NCBI GenBank assembly: GCA_043228905.1
Contig: JBHGNT010000006.1
Location: 3,410,001 to 3,474,000, forward strand
DNA from: Azolla caroliniana
Lineage: Eukaryota; Plantae; Polypodiophyta
Direction of reading: 5' to 3'
Length of the DNA: 64,000 nt
Part shown: in pieces, positions 24,940-36,948 of the stretch
Numbering within the stretch: the first letter of the stretch is position 1
Layout of the letters: every line of letters starts with the position of its first letter
Made by a program: the position numbers and the translations under genes
The notes under the pieces: model-generated
Databases searched by the model: none
What the model was told of the DNA's origin: nothing
Seen by the model: the letters and a program-made list of their open reading frames with translations, nothing else

Positions 24940-26565
24940 ATGTCAATCTTCTTCAAACCAATGGCAATCGACTCGACATTTAAAACAAACCAATTCGGGC
25001 TACCATTATATGCAGCAGTTGCCCCCAACGCCATGGGAATTGGGATCCCATTATGGTACATGCTTTGTAGTTCTGATAAGGGGTCAAACCATGAGCAAGT
25101 GGCATTAGAAACTTGTTTGAGAGTCATATTCGCAAGGATGCCCATGGTGAGGCCAAATGCGATAGTGATCGATAAATGTTGGACATCATATAATGCCATA
25201 ACTAATGTGGTTGCAACAGACCGTCAATCTTGGATTGTTGTAAATGGGCAACGGTCCCAAACACATTGTCGACTTTTGTTGTGTCAGTTTCACGCCAAAA
25301 AGTCATGGGTGGACAACTTGTTGCCAAAAGTAAGTGCAAATGAGAGAATCCATCTTTATCAACGAATGTGCCAACTGATGCAATGCATTACTGAATCATC
25401 ATTCAATGCAATGTGTGAGGAGTTAAAGTTAGAATATGCGGACAAGCCCGGTGTTTGGCAATATATAGAAGGAGGATGGTGTGGTTTGACATGTGTGTGG
25501 AGGAAACTCTGGCCCAAGTTTGGTAGAATGTTCAACTATGGACACGTTGACACTACCAATATTGTGGAAAGACATTGGCATTTTATCAAGTATACTGCCT
25601 TGAGGGGAAGAATAAACCGATCAATTACCGACCTTTTGCATGTCTTAATCGGGGATAGTGAAACTGGCACTTGCATAGGAGGAACGGTAATAGAGTGGTA
25701 CAAGCAACGACAAGAAATATGTGAGAGTGGTTGGTTTGCACCCCGTGCGAATTGTAGGGATCAAAGGTCCCAACTTAAAGAAGCGGAGAGAATATTGGAA
25801 AGGTATGTCGACAATACTTCCACAATTGAAATTGTCGACGAGGCCCGATATTGGTTTAGAATCTTGAGCATGACGACTCCCACTCTATGGTATAATGTCT
25901 CACTCCAATGCTCATATTGTGATTGCCAAGACATTGTTAGTAAATGTAAGCATTTACTAGGTATCCGAATGATTATTGAGAGGCATATGCCACATTTATG
26001 TGGCTCATTACCTTTTATAGATCACGCGACCCAAATGCGAATGGACCATAATACAGAAATAGAAGTGGAGGCAGAGGTAGAGCAAGTAGAGGAGACAAAC
26101 CCCACAATATCCGAGATTGAATCATTCAAGTCCAAAATACAAACGGTCGTGAAAGCACTTCAATGTCTAGAGCAAGGGTTAGGAACCCTCGACCGTGCAA
26201 CTATTGTCGAAGGTATACAAACATTGGAAGATGTGGCTGAGAAGGTGTATCGCGTTGGTGCACCAAAATCAACCAATGAAGAAGATGGTAGATCAATAAG
26301 TCGCAACCAACAAATCAGTGCCAAAAGAAGTGCAACAATAGACATCTCGCAAGAACTTATTGGCAACTCCCCAAACACTTCCAAATCCCACTCCGGAAAA
26401 CTACAAAGAGGTGCTAGTCGGGCTAGGAGGAGATTGCCATTGGTTGACCATGAGAAGGTTCGGTGTTTGCGTTGTGATGGCTTGACCTTGACTTCAAGGG
26501 ACTCAAATGTTACATGCTGTAAAAATTGTGGTTGCATCTTGCAATCATCCCGACATGAGCCATAA
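24940..26565 (+). pseudogene. MULE (MuDR/FAR1-type) DDE transposase with SWIM zinc finger, N-terminally truncated
   Basis: Motifs IDSTFKTNQFGLPLY (D1), IVIDKCW (D2), LCQFH (CxxH), TTNIVERHW (E), SWIM CDC...CKH and a C-terminal CLRC...CKNC are present. D1 is only ~10 aa from the ORF start, so the N-terminal DNA-binding region is missing. Confidence 0.88.
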
Positions 26566-27050
26566 TCTTAATATGTAACGTGTATATTCATATTTCATTT
26601 TAGGGTTGTCAACATTTGACATTTTAATATTTTATGTAAGACATGTTATTTGAATCTTTAGGTTTTGTTGAGAAATTTTATGATCAGTTTCATGGCAAAT
26701 ATTTGTTGTACACTTACAATTTTGTGGAGTTTTTGATGTTTGTTGCTACAGAGTCGGGCTCCTTTTGACAGAGTCGGGCTCCTTCTTACTGATGTGGTCT
26801 AACAGCGGGGCTCCTTTTGACAGAGTCGAGCTCCCTTTCGCAGAGTCGGGCTCCTTGTGATAGACGTTGTCAGCTTTTTATCCAACTTGGACGGTGGAGA
26901 TCGAACGCGCCAACAACGGTGCGACCTGCACCGTCCCTCTCCGCGATTCCCCCACTCGCCCTCTTTAATATTTGGTAGCATCTAATCATGAGCATATGAA
27001 TACTATTGCATGTATGTATATATATGTATGTGAGAATAATAGAGATTATT

Positions 27051-27084
<34 letters not shown>

Positions 27085-27109
27085 GAAGAGAGGATAAGGC
27101 TGTAGAGCT

Positions 27110-28848
27110 ATGGCTATAGGGATTTCGATGGCTTCCTGCCCCGCCACGACCTCCTGCTGGGATTTCACCTCCCTGCGCTCCTCTCTGCCTACATTTCGAG
27201 CTTCTGTTAAACCCCAAGCTCATCGTCTCCGAGTCGCCCCATTACAAGCCTTCCGCGGCCTTGCCAAACAGAACCCCCTTCAGCTTACAGGTATTTGGAT
27301 TCCTCAACTCTTTACCTGTACAAATTGCAGAGTTTGAGAAGTGTTTCTCTACTTTTGGATCGATGGAATGAATGCTCTTTGGCTGGTGGTCTGTGTTGCC
27401 AGCTCTGACGAATTTTTGGGGCTAGAAAATGATGCCACAGTTTTTCGTGCCTGTTTTTTTTGTGGATGTGATATCAGCAGTTTGTGATTGACAATATTGC
27501 CAGTTGTGAAAATTTAGGTCTTGAAATTGATGTGAGGAGGTATAGCTTTTTTCTATGCAGTTGTAAAGCCTTATAATCTGTCCTTTCTATCATGAGAAAT
27601 GGGAGAACAGGAAGTTGGGCCTATAAATTTAGTTTTGGCTTTCGATTTAGGGTTTGTGATATCATTGAAATATCAGAAATTTATGTTACTGAATAAATTT
27701 TTTAGGATTGTTTGTGAGGATTTTGAATTTGTGGCATCATGGAAAATGGATATTAGCTATTAAAATTTAAGGTTTTCATCCAGTTAGGGAAATGGAGGTG
27801 TTTCTTTTTTTAGATATGAAGATTTAAGGTTTATGCCATCATGGAACATGAAAGAGAAGGATGTTGCTAACTATAAAATGTTAGATTTTTTTTGGGATAT
27901 TGTGGAAAATGGCTGAAATTGATGTGGACTATGAGATTTAGAGTTTCTGCCCTAAAGGTAAATGAAAGTAAATGATGGTAGGGACGAGGACTTTTCATTC
28001 ATTTTTTGAAGATTTATGATTTGTCACCATGGAACATGGCAGAAAGGATGTCAGCTATCAAAATCTAGGGATTTTGTTGAGTCATGAAGATTTAGGGTTT
28101 TTGTATAAAGTAAGCACCGAAAATTTTTGTTTTCTTTTTAGATTTTGGAAAATGAGCTGTGGAAGTGTAGTATTTTTTATCTGGTTATGGAAATTTGAGG
28201 TTTGTGCCTTCATTGGAAATAGCAGAAAAGTATATCAGCTTTGAAAATCTGGGGTTTTTTACTCTAGACTTGTTTCATGAGGAAATTTGCTGAAAAGTGT
28301 GTCATCTTAGGGTTTTTTATCAATTTCATCTTTGGAAAATTAGGACGCAGTGAATTTCAACCACGGAAAACTAGGTTTTGTTGCAGTTATAAGGAATGGC
28401 AGGGAGAATCCTCATCGTCTCTCTCTTTTTTGTTGTAGAATCATCCGATTTCAGTGGGGCAACCTTTGGGGTTTCCAATGGTGCCCGTGTGTTTGCAATG
28501 CGACATGGAAAGAAGGTTCCAAAGCTTAATAGGCCTCCAGATCAACGAAAGGCCCTTCTCCGTGGACTTACCACCGAGATTTTAAGACATGGAAGGATCA
28601 AGACAACTAAGACTCGTGCAAGAGCCATGAGGAAGTATGTTGACCACATGATCACACTTGCCAAAGGAGGTTCACTGCATCAACGGAGGCAAGCTCTTGG
28701 TTTTCTATATGATAAGAGCTTGGTGCATGCCCTGTTTGCAGAGGTTCCTGATAGATATGGAGAACGTAATGGTGGGTACACTCGAATCATCCGAACTATG
28801 CCTCGACGAGGAGACAATGCTCCCATGGCCTTCATTGAACTTGTCTAA
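27110..28848 (+). CDS. RPL17: Plastid 50S ribosomal protein L17 precursor (~196 aa); exons 27110-27290 and 28439-28848
   Basis: Exon 1 is a Ser/Ala/Arg-rich transit peptide. A phase-1 intron joins it in frame to [41 protein letters not shown]...[25 protein letters not shown], the bL17 signature. Confidence 0.96.
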
Positions 28849-29381
28849 ATGAGTTTTTTGTTTTTCCACTTTTATGGGCATTAGTTGTAAACAAGACCAT
28901 CCAATCATTTTTCTAAGTGTCAAACTAGACTTTAGTTGTAACAGGAACTACATCAATTTCCAATCACTTTTTGGGTGTTGCAACAGAGAGGAACCTTGTA
29001 AATCTCGCAAGCATCATCCTTTGATGAGAGAGAGTATGGGACAATAAAGTTATCTCTCATACTGAATCTCAGTTTAATTTGTTACTAATATGATGCAATA
29101 CGTGCTTCCAATATTGAGGTTATGGGGGAATCTTTTGCTAAATTTGGTTGGGGATTCTCATAGGCTTTTACTGCTTTTGATCTGGGAAATTATACGATAT
29201 ATTTTTATGCCTCTTGTTGTAGCATCCATAATCTATTCTTTGTAACCAATTTGATCAAAGAGTATTGTTTCAATATGTAGTCTATGTTATAAAAGGCCTG
29301 ATAAACATTTATATAATTTCTCTTCTTTTATGCAAGCAAAGCACTGATTATTTTGCCTTCTTTAATGAGAGAATAAATAAA

Positions 29382-29685
29382 GGGAAAAGTACCAGGATAC
29401 CCCTGGAAGTTCATCTATTTACCAGAATGCCCCTGAAAGTTCCAAATTACCCCTATGTCCAAAAAATTACACTTTATAAAGTAATTATACACCCAAATCT
29501 TTGGTAAGTAGGGCTCGTTCGGGTCCATTTCTCCCATCTTTGGTAAATAGGGTTTGTAGATTTGAGTGTATAATTACTTTATAAAGTGTAATTTTTTGGA
29601 CATAGGGGTAGTTTGCTAAATTTGGAACTTCCAAGGGCATTATAGTAAATAAACGAACTTCCAGGGGTATCCTAGTACTTTTCCC
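29382..29685. mobile_element. Mutator-type MITE (~304 bp)
   Basis: GGGAAAAGTACCAGGATACCCCTGGAAGTTC... pairs with ...GAACTTCCAGGGGTATCCTAGTACTTTTCCC (inverted repeats of ~120 bp). Perfect 9-bp TSD ATAAATAAA at 29373-29381 and 29686-29694. Confidence 0.92.
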
Positions 29686-29883
29686 ATAAATAAAATAGTT
29701 CTGTCACCATTCCTTCAGTCCAAAAACAGGTATGACTACTTTCTTTGAGAATGTCTAGCTCATTATAGTAAATAAACGAACTTCCAGGGGTATCCTAGTA
29801 CTTTTCCCATAAATAAAATAGTTCTGTCACCATTCCTTCAGTCCAAAAACAGGTATGACTACTTTCTTTGAGAATGTCTAGCT
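29638..29883. repeat. 123-bp tandem duplication covering the MITE right end, TSD and flank
   Basis: 29638-29760 appears identical to 29761-29883. Confidence 0.9.
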
Positions 29884-31031
29884 CAAAGGTTGTTGCATGT
29901 ACATATGGGAGAAATGTGAATGATATCTATTTAGTTTTAATGGATGTCATCAATGAGAATATAAGTAATAAAGTATCTAGAAAACAATGCATTCATTTGT
30001 CTCAACTAAAATAACATGGGGTATATAGTGCAATTTATGTACCAAGTTTATGTGACCATTGATTTAATCATTTTTATTAGATACTCATTGATCTAAACAT
30101 TCTAAGTACGTTTGGTAATATCTCCTCAAGTCAAAATAAGGGATATGGTAGGAAACTTGGGGACAATTGATCAATTGAATAATTTTCGTTATGTATTCAT
30201 TGATTAAAATATTTAAAGAATGATGAAATCTCATGCAAGATCTTTGGAAAAGCTTTGTGAACTTTGCTATTTATTCATCATTCATATTCGTTTCCACATA
30301 CATAGGAAGATCCCCAAACAAAGCCACTGTCCTCAAACGCCATAGAGAGTCTCAACTTGTATAGTTTTGAGAGTCATGTTGGCAAAAAAATGCACATTTT
30401 CTGTATGTTGAACTGTTGTTTATAAAAACCAGAGGCTAATTATCCTCTTCATATGAGGAAGTATGGGCAAGATCTATAATACAAATAGCTGCTTGATTAA
30501 GATAAAAAAAATCCTCATTAGAGATGTCACAACTCTGCTGATTATGCAACCATTCATTATTCATGGTTAAAGATGATGATGTACTCAAGGATTTTAAGCC
30601 GTTGTGCCTTTGCCCCTGCTTTTTCTCTGATCCACATCTATAGAAAACCTAAATACTATTGCCATGTCAGATTGGTGTCTTTTTGCTTTCATTATCTATG
30701 TTAGTAAAAGATTTTTATATGCTTTGTTAATATAATTATAACAATGTGGCAGCAAAATGGATAACAACACGATCTTCTATACCACCATAATCTGTGAGTA
30801 CGGATTATAGCGCGACGATCGATACCTGAAACCAACTGATCTATATCCTCTGATATAAACCCTTTGGCATATACACATAACTATTCTATGGCTGTAGTAT
30901 ATATAGAGACACACACACGTGATATATACATGTAAATCTACACATAACAAAGCTTACAGAGACTCTATATTTAAGACTAAAAGAAAGATAGGAGGGTGTT
31001 GTGAGATTTTGTTGTTTTACCCTATTAGTAG

Positions 31032-34000
31032 TTAGTAGGAACTGAACAAGTGAGCCACTGAGGTCCAACCATCGAACCAAGACTTGTCCAAACATGGAGG
31101 AGAAAAGCTGAGTTGGAACATTTCCTTGGACGCAGACCCATGGCTTGTACCCCACAGTCCAAAAAGTCGAGCAACTAAGTCTGCACTCAATTTGATGTGC
31201 TCCTCGTTCTCAGGATTTGTCCAGATGAGATAGGCTAACTTGACTTTGCGCTCTTTCGCATCCAATGGGATGCCCCACTGCTTGTAGATCGTATCCCTTT
31301 GATCAGCTGTCATTCCAGTTTTTAAGTGTTTGACTATCGACTCCCTCTCGCGCTTGAGATTGCGCACACTGTATGTTCAGAAACACAGAATGTAAGATGT
31401 TCAAGTTGAACAACAAAGTACGAACTTGCAGGTATAAAGACCTCGATACAGTATGTGCTATCTAAAACATTATTTCACATCCGCATTCTATCAATGGGAA
31501 GTATAATAAAAGATCATGTCGTTCAATTGCAGCCACTGAAAATTAAGGCATGATTCTATCTTAACCAAGTGTACTTTGCAACAACCTGCAGCAGGATGCC
31601 TATGTCATTAATGTGATGTTTTTTAGCCCCACATAGTTGATCCCATCACTAGAATATGTAGTGTAGTCCTGAGGCAAGCTTTGGGCTCGAAGGAGAAGAA
31701 TAAAAATTCTGAGGCTCATGCAACATAATAAAATCCCTTTTAAAGATATAGAGGGAACTTATTACCTCAGAACAGGGCTTGCAACATGGCTCTCTCTTCC
31801 AACCTTTCTCGTGGGTTTCAGATGCTGATTCCTCAACCATGTTAGCCTTCGTAGCTCGACCTCGATATAAATAGCATCTGCGGGGTCTCCACGGAACAGA
31901 AGATAGAATTGTGATCTGTGTATGATTGAAACATGACAAGCATCCCAGAGTTCAAAGATCTCCTTTCGCTTCATATAGAAATCTGATTTCCATTTCGCAG
32001 GTGACAGTGTAATGCCAACCAAGTTAATGGATTCATCTTCATTACTCCCATTCCTCTCAAGCTCCAATACCTTCATAATTCAAAATAATCTCTGTATGCA
32101 AATATATGCATGCAAAGAAACTCAACGAGAATTTTATGTAACTGGAGGTAGACATTCTTTACCTGAAAAGCTAGTAGTTGCTTCTGGTACTGAAGTTTTG
32201 CAATTCTCTCCTTAAGATCGGTTATATACGCATAAACACTCCTAATATTCTCCTCTGCAAAATGAAAAACAAGCATTACAGACACCCACACACAGAAAAA
32301 AGGCAGTTTGGAATCTTCTCCATTCGCATAAGGTTCCATATTTGACATATTTTCAAGTTAACCTGCTCGTGGAGGAATCTTTTCATTGAGTGTAAAGTTA
32401 TTCTTTGAAGAAGCCATGTCTAATTGATGGTGGTTTGCATCTGAAGAGCTTCGGTGACTATTTAAACTACTTCGAGTTTCATTCTCAGCTATCAAGAGAG
32501 GTACTGTTCCAATTATAGCCGTCATTTTAGGCACACCAAGCTCTTCCACCAACAAATGCAAATTCACAAGAACCTTGTCTAAATCAATAAGATTCAGCTC
32601 AGATTCTCCATTTTTCTCTCTCTGCTTTGCTACAATCCTCTGAATTTCATCTTTCAGAGATATGCTTCCTGTGCTTTCCTCCATGATCCCATCTTCAGCA
32701 ATGGAATAATCTTTCACAAGGTAACTGGTTATACAAGACTTGTAGATTTCATTGATCTCAGCTTGAAGCCTTGTTACACTCTCAATTACTTTCTCATTCA
32801 TGCCGGATTGTGCCAACTGTAGGCATTCGATCTCCTTCTGGACTGCTTCAAGAGCCTGATTTGCATGTCGTGCAAGTTCATTTTGTAAATGCTCTAGTTT
32901 GTATATTTCCTGAAGAAGAATGGTTGAAGCAGATGTATTTTCCTTCTCCCTAAACTTTACAAGCAATTTTTCTGATGGTCTTCCATCCATCTGTTTAACT
33001 TTTTCATGTTTAATGCAAGGCTCATCATCTCGTTCCAACGATCCATTGCTTGAAGGAGTTTGGAAATTTTGATCATCAAACGAATCTCTCAAAAGTGGTA
33101 AATCAACAATGTTGATTTTGGACAGAGTCTGTAACATTCAAAAGCAGATAAATTTCCAATCAAAACACACATAACTTGGTCGTCCTTGGTTTACAATTTA
33201 GCATTAATGTTCAATAACTTACTAATGTTCTAGTTTTCTCACTAGCTTCCATTTTTTTACGAAACCCATCCAGCTGCGACTCTGCAAGGTCACGTTGTTG
33301 CCAAGCTTTACGCATCTCTTCTTGCATCTGTTTGTGCATAGCGTCCATGTCTAATTAACATGTGTAAATGAGACAAGTAAAAGAGAGAAAATAATCAATG
33401 GAACCAATACATATACACCAGAATCATTATACTCCACTTACAACAAACATGAATTGTCATCTGTTTGTGCATAGCGTCCATGTCTAATTAACATGTGTAA
33501 ATGAGACAAGTAAAAGACAGAAAATAATAAATGGAACCAATACATATACACCAGAATCATTATACTCCACTTACAACAAACATGAATTGTACCTTTTGAA
33601 TCTGCAGATTTTTCTCTACTATCAATAAATCAGAAGAATTTCGAGCAGAGTATGTAGAGATCCGAAGCTTTGCCTCAAGCAATGCCACTTCTCTTTTCAA
33701 TTGCTTGATCAATTCTTTATCAGAAATCACCTATATGATGAACCACCATATTTGAAAATTTTAAAACAATTTCCAACATTGGACTTACACTGCTCGTACT
33801 ACAGCTAGTTTCTCACCATGTTTACTTGGGCCCTATTTGTCACTTCCTTTGCACAGGAAGCAAAGAAAAGAGTGTTCCTTGTTTGCTCAACATGTCTATT
33901 GGATCCACTTATTGTACATATTATTGCAGTCCGAGCATTGCCTCCGAGTGAATTTTGTAAAATACGAGTAAGTTTGGAATCTCTGTAAGGAACATGACAT

Positions 34001-36948
34001 GCTTTCACCTGGTTTGGTTCACTACACAAGCAATAGACTTGTTCTCAAAATCATTACGATGGGAGATATTGTTTCCTCCTACAATATGGGATCCTCTCAA
34101 CTACTAAATTGTTATGAAAAACTCTACTAGAAACTGAACGTTGTATACCTTAGTTTGCGGATCACAGTACTTAATGTTAGAAGACTGCGATTAATATAGC
34201 AACCTTCCTTCAGTCGAGTTCCCTCCGAATGAGGAAATGATGCACGTTCACTTCCTGCAAGATCAACAAAGTTCTGTAGAAAGGTTTGAACTTTCCTTAG
34301 TCCAAGAATAAAAATTATAGCCCATGAATCAAATAAGAAAAAGATACCATCTAGAGAGAGCAAACTCACCAAGATTGCAATCAAAGATTTCACAGGCCCA
34401 TCATCTGCTACTATTCGTGGAGAGCTCTCAATGGACTGTCCCAAAATAATAATAAATAGAATCAGAAGAACATATTAATAATAAATGAGCTCCTCGAATA
34501 CTATATAAAATTGTTCAGAGATCTTTCCCACCAGTCTGATAATTTGATGAGATCTCGAACTGTGGTCATTTAATGATGTCTCTCCAACTTGTCTGTGAGC
34601 TGCAAAAGAGTGGAACTTCTTCAGCAGGCTTAAAACCGTTCGGAAATTAAAGACAATAAATTATAAAGACCTTCACAGATAGCCAAAAGACTCTGAAGGT
34701 GATCTTTATCTTTAATAATATTCTCTCCTAACTTCTCTATCACAGTTCCTCTCTGTATAAGTAAAGAGAACGACAGCATCTTCAGATTGACATCATGGTA
34801 CAATTTCATCCTTATGCCCAGAACACAAGAAATAGCATTTGTATAACTCCGATGGACATCTATAGAATTCACCAACTTTGCACATTTAAAAAAAATGATA
34901 CAAAGAAGTTGAATCCAAAATATGCAGAGTCCTATACTGAAAACCATATTTAGCTCTGGTTATATGCATCTGTCCTTGTTCTCTTACAATGTAAACACAT
35001 GTTATTGCATGAAGAATTTTCAGATGTTTTGCCACTATCTGCGGCTTCATTAAATTTCAGTAATTCAACAATAAATGGTTTATTGTGTTGGAGGCAATAT
35101 ATGGATCAAGATGGGCTAGTTAATTACAAAACCTCAGGATCATCCATTAGTCGCAAGGGGCCACTCTCAGGATTGAGAAGATCCGTCGTCCCCTCGTTAT
35201 GTATCTCTATCGCCGAAAATTTTAGCAGAAATATACGATCATCGTTCTATTGACAAGAGAAGAAAATAAAAATGCTTCTGATGTTGATCTTTACAGCTAT
35301 ATACTGCGTATCTAGACTATGCTTTGATGTACATATGAATACAAATATACCTGCTTAATGTATGTAAATATATCATCCACAGCATTTTCTGTAATGCTTT
35401 GCATTGTGTATGTCTTTCCACTGCTTGTCTGTCCATATGCAAATATGGTTGCTGAGATGCAGAGAAAATGTCAGTTTAGAAATATTTATATATAAAGCGA
35501 GCAAGAGAGAGAGTGAGAGAGAGAGAGCTTACCATTCTTTCCTTTTAGGGCAGAGAGGGCAACATCTTTAGCACCTTCCTCATAAACTTCTTTACATGTT
35601 GTTTCTGCTCCGAATACACGATCTTCAATCATGAAACACAGAATTTAACAGTGCCAATGTCAAACAAAAGAAGCATTTGAACATGAAAATTTATGACATT
35701 ATTGTATGAAGAAAACCATTTGAACATGAAAATGCATTCATTACATTGTTACGCAAAAAAATCAATCAAACACAAAAGTTTATGATAAATTTAAGCCAAA
35801 AGAACCAATCAAATGCAAAACAAGATGAAATTGTTGAGTGGAAGATTGACAATCGAAAGGGATAATTATGACATTGACCAATCGAATGCAAAAATATATG
35901 ACATTGTTCAGTGGAAGATTAACAATTGATAGTGAACAGTATCACATTGTTGAACAAAAAGAAACAGTTGTATGCAAAAATTTAATGACATTGTTGAGCA
36001 GAAGAAAAACAATCAGATACAGTGGAAGCATCAATCCAGCAGGATAAAAGACATCCATTATTCCTATTATCCTCTACCATGTGATACTGTATTAATCTCT
36101 CTCACTTTTGCAATGTATTTTTTCAGACGTGTACTTCAGATACTATCCCAGAAAACCTTCAATGATGCAGGAAGAATCTCTCCCCTTCATCACAATTTCT
36201 ACTAGAATTATCAAATTTTTTATCACATTTGACAACGCAGTGCGAGATATACATGGCATTTTCTTTTATTATTCTCAACTAACGATTACCTAAGATCAAT
36301 GACTTTGATCTCACTTTCAGACGGATATTGTGGCTGAGAGAGAATGAGAGTGAGAGAGATCAGACATTAAAGGTGAGAGAATCGACATGCCATTCTTCAT
36401 GGTGAATATTTAAAAGATATCATTTTGAAGATATTACTCTGGAGGACATGGGATATGGCAGGTCAAGCAGCTCTGCATTATGCTATAATTCAGAGATGCT
36501 TAAAGAAGGAGGAATACTTAACATGTATATAAAGTTTTCACTGACCAAAAGCATATGACTGAGGGGTCAAAGATCGTTGGCGATCGTTGCTGTAAGTACA
36601 GGTTATGGTGTTTTTCTCTGTACCATAGCATTCCCATACAGAGAAGTCATGCCTTGCCATCTCTCTATCATTGATCGGCCTCACACGAACACTCACAAAT
36701 ATCTTCTCTTCTGTGATCTTAACTCCATTCTTCTTTGATGCCCTCGAAGAAGAGGATGATGATGATGAATTAATATTGTTGGTATTGATATTGAATTCTG
36801 ATACGACACCGAATTCCTCCTCCGATTCAGCCATGGATGCAGGAGTATTACTCATAAGGTTGATAACTTCATCATCCTCCATGTCGTGAACGTTAATGTT
36901 GTTGTCAATGTCAAAGAAGCCATGGTTGAGGATGCTAGATCTAGACAT
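31032..36948 (-). CDS. NACK1: Kinesin-7, NACK1/HINKEL/TETRASPORE-like; 15 coding exons (36948-36546, 35622-35533, 35451-35351, 35246-35133, 34752-34671, 34599-34532, 34435-34370, 34273-34149, 34021-33817, 33730-33593, 33327-33223, 33128-32363, 32254-32163, 32070-31766, 31368-31032)
   Basis: Motor motifs [34 protein letters not shown] and [14 protein letters not shown]. The C-terminal DUF3490-type tail reads [37 protein letters not shown]. Exact orthology within kinesin-7 is not established. Confidence 0.9.
33325..33590. repeat. 133-bp tandem duplication of almost an entire kinesin intron
   Basis: 33325-33457 is nearly identical to 33458-33590, and each copy includes the acceptor caaacag|ATG on the minus strand. 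Confidence 0.92.

Larger units (their letters stand above)
20898..26978 (+). mobile_element. Mutator-like (MULE) DNA transposon carrying a Ulp1-like protease gene; internally deleted
   Basis: Left end CTACCAAATATTAAAGAGGGCAAGTGAGGGAATCGCGGAGAGGGATGGTGCAAGTCGC matches the reverse complement of 26921-26978 with 4 transition mismatches, and similarity extends imperfectly to ~100 bp. GGAGCCCG subterminal repeats occur at both ends. A MULE transposase ORF lies inside. Flanks TGTCTAACTA / CATCTAATCA look like a decayed 10-bp TSD. Confidence 0.9.

Noticed and set aside
20896-26980. Classification as a CACTA or Zisupton/KDZ element (TACTA-like end; SWIM plus Ulp1)
   Set aside because: There is no 3-bp TSD or Tnp2 domain and no KDZ CxC motifs. 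The catalytic motifs are typical MULE.
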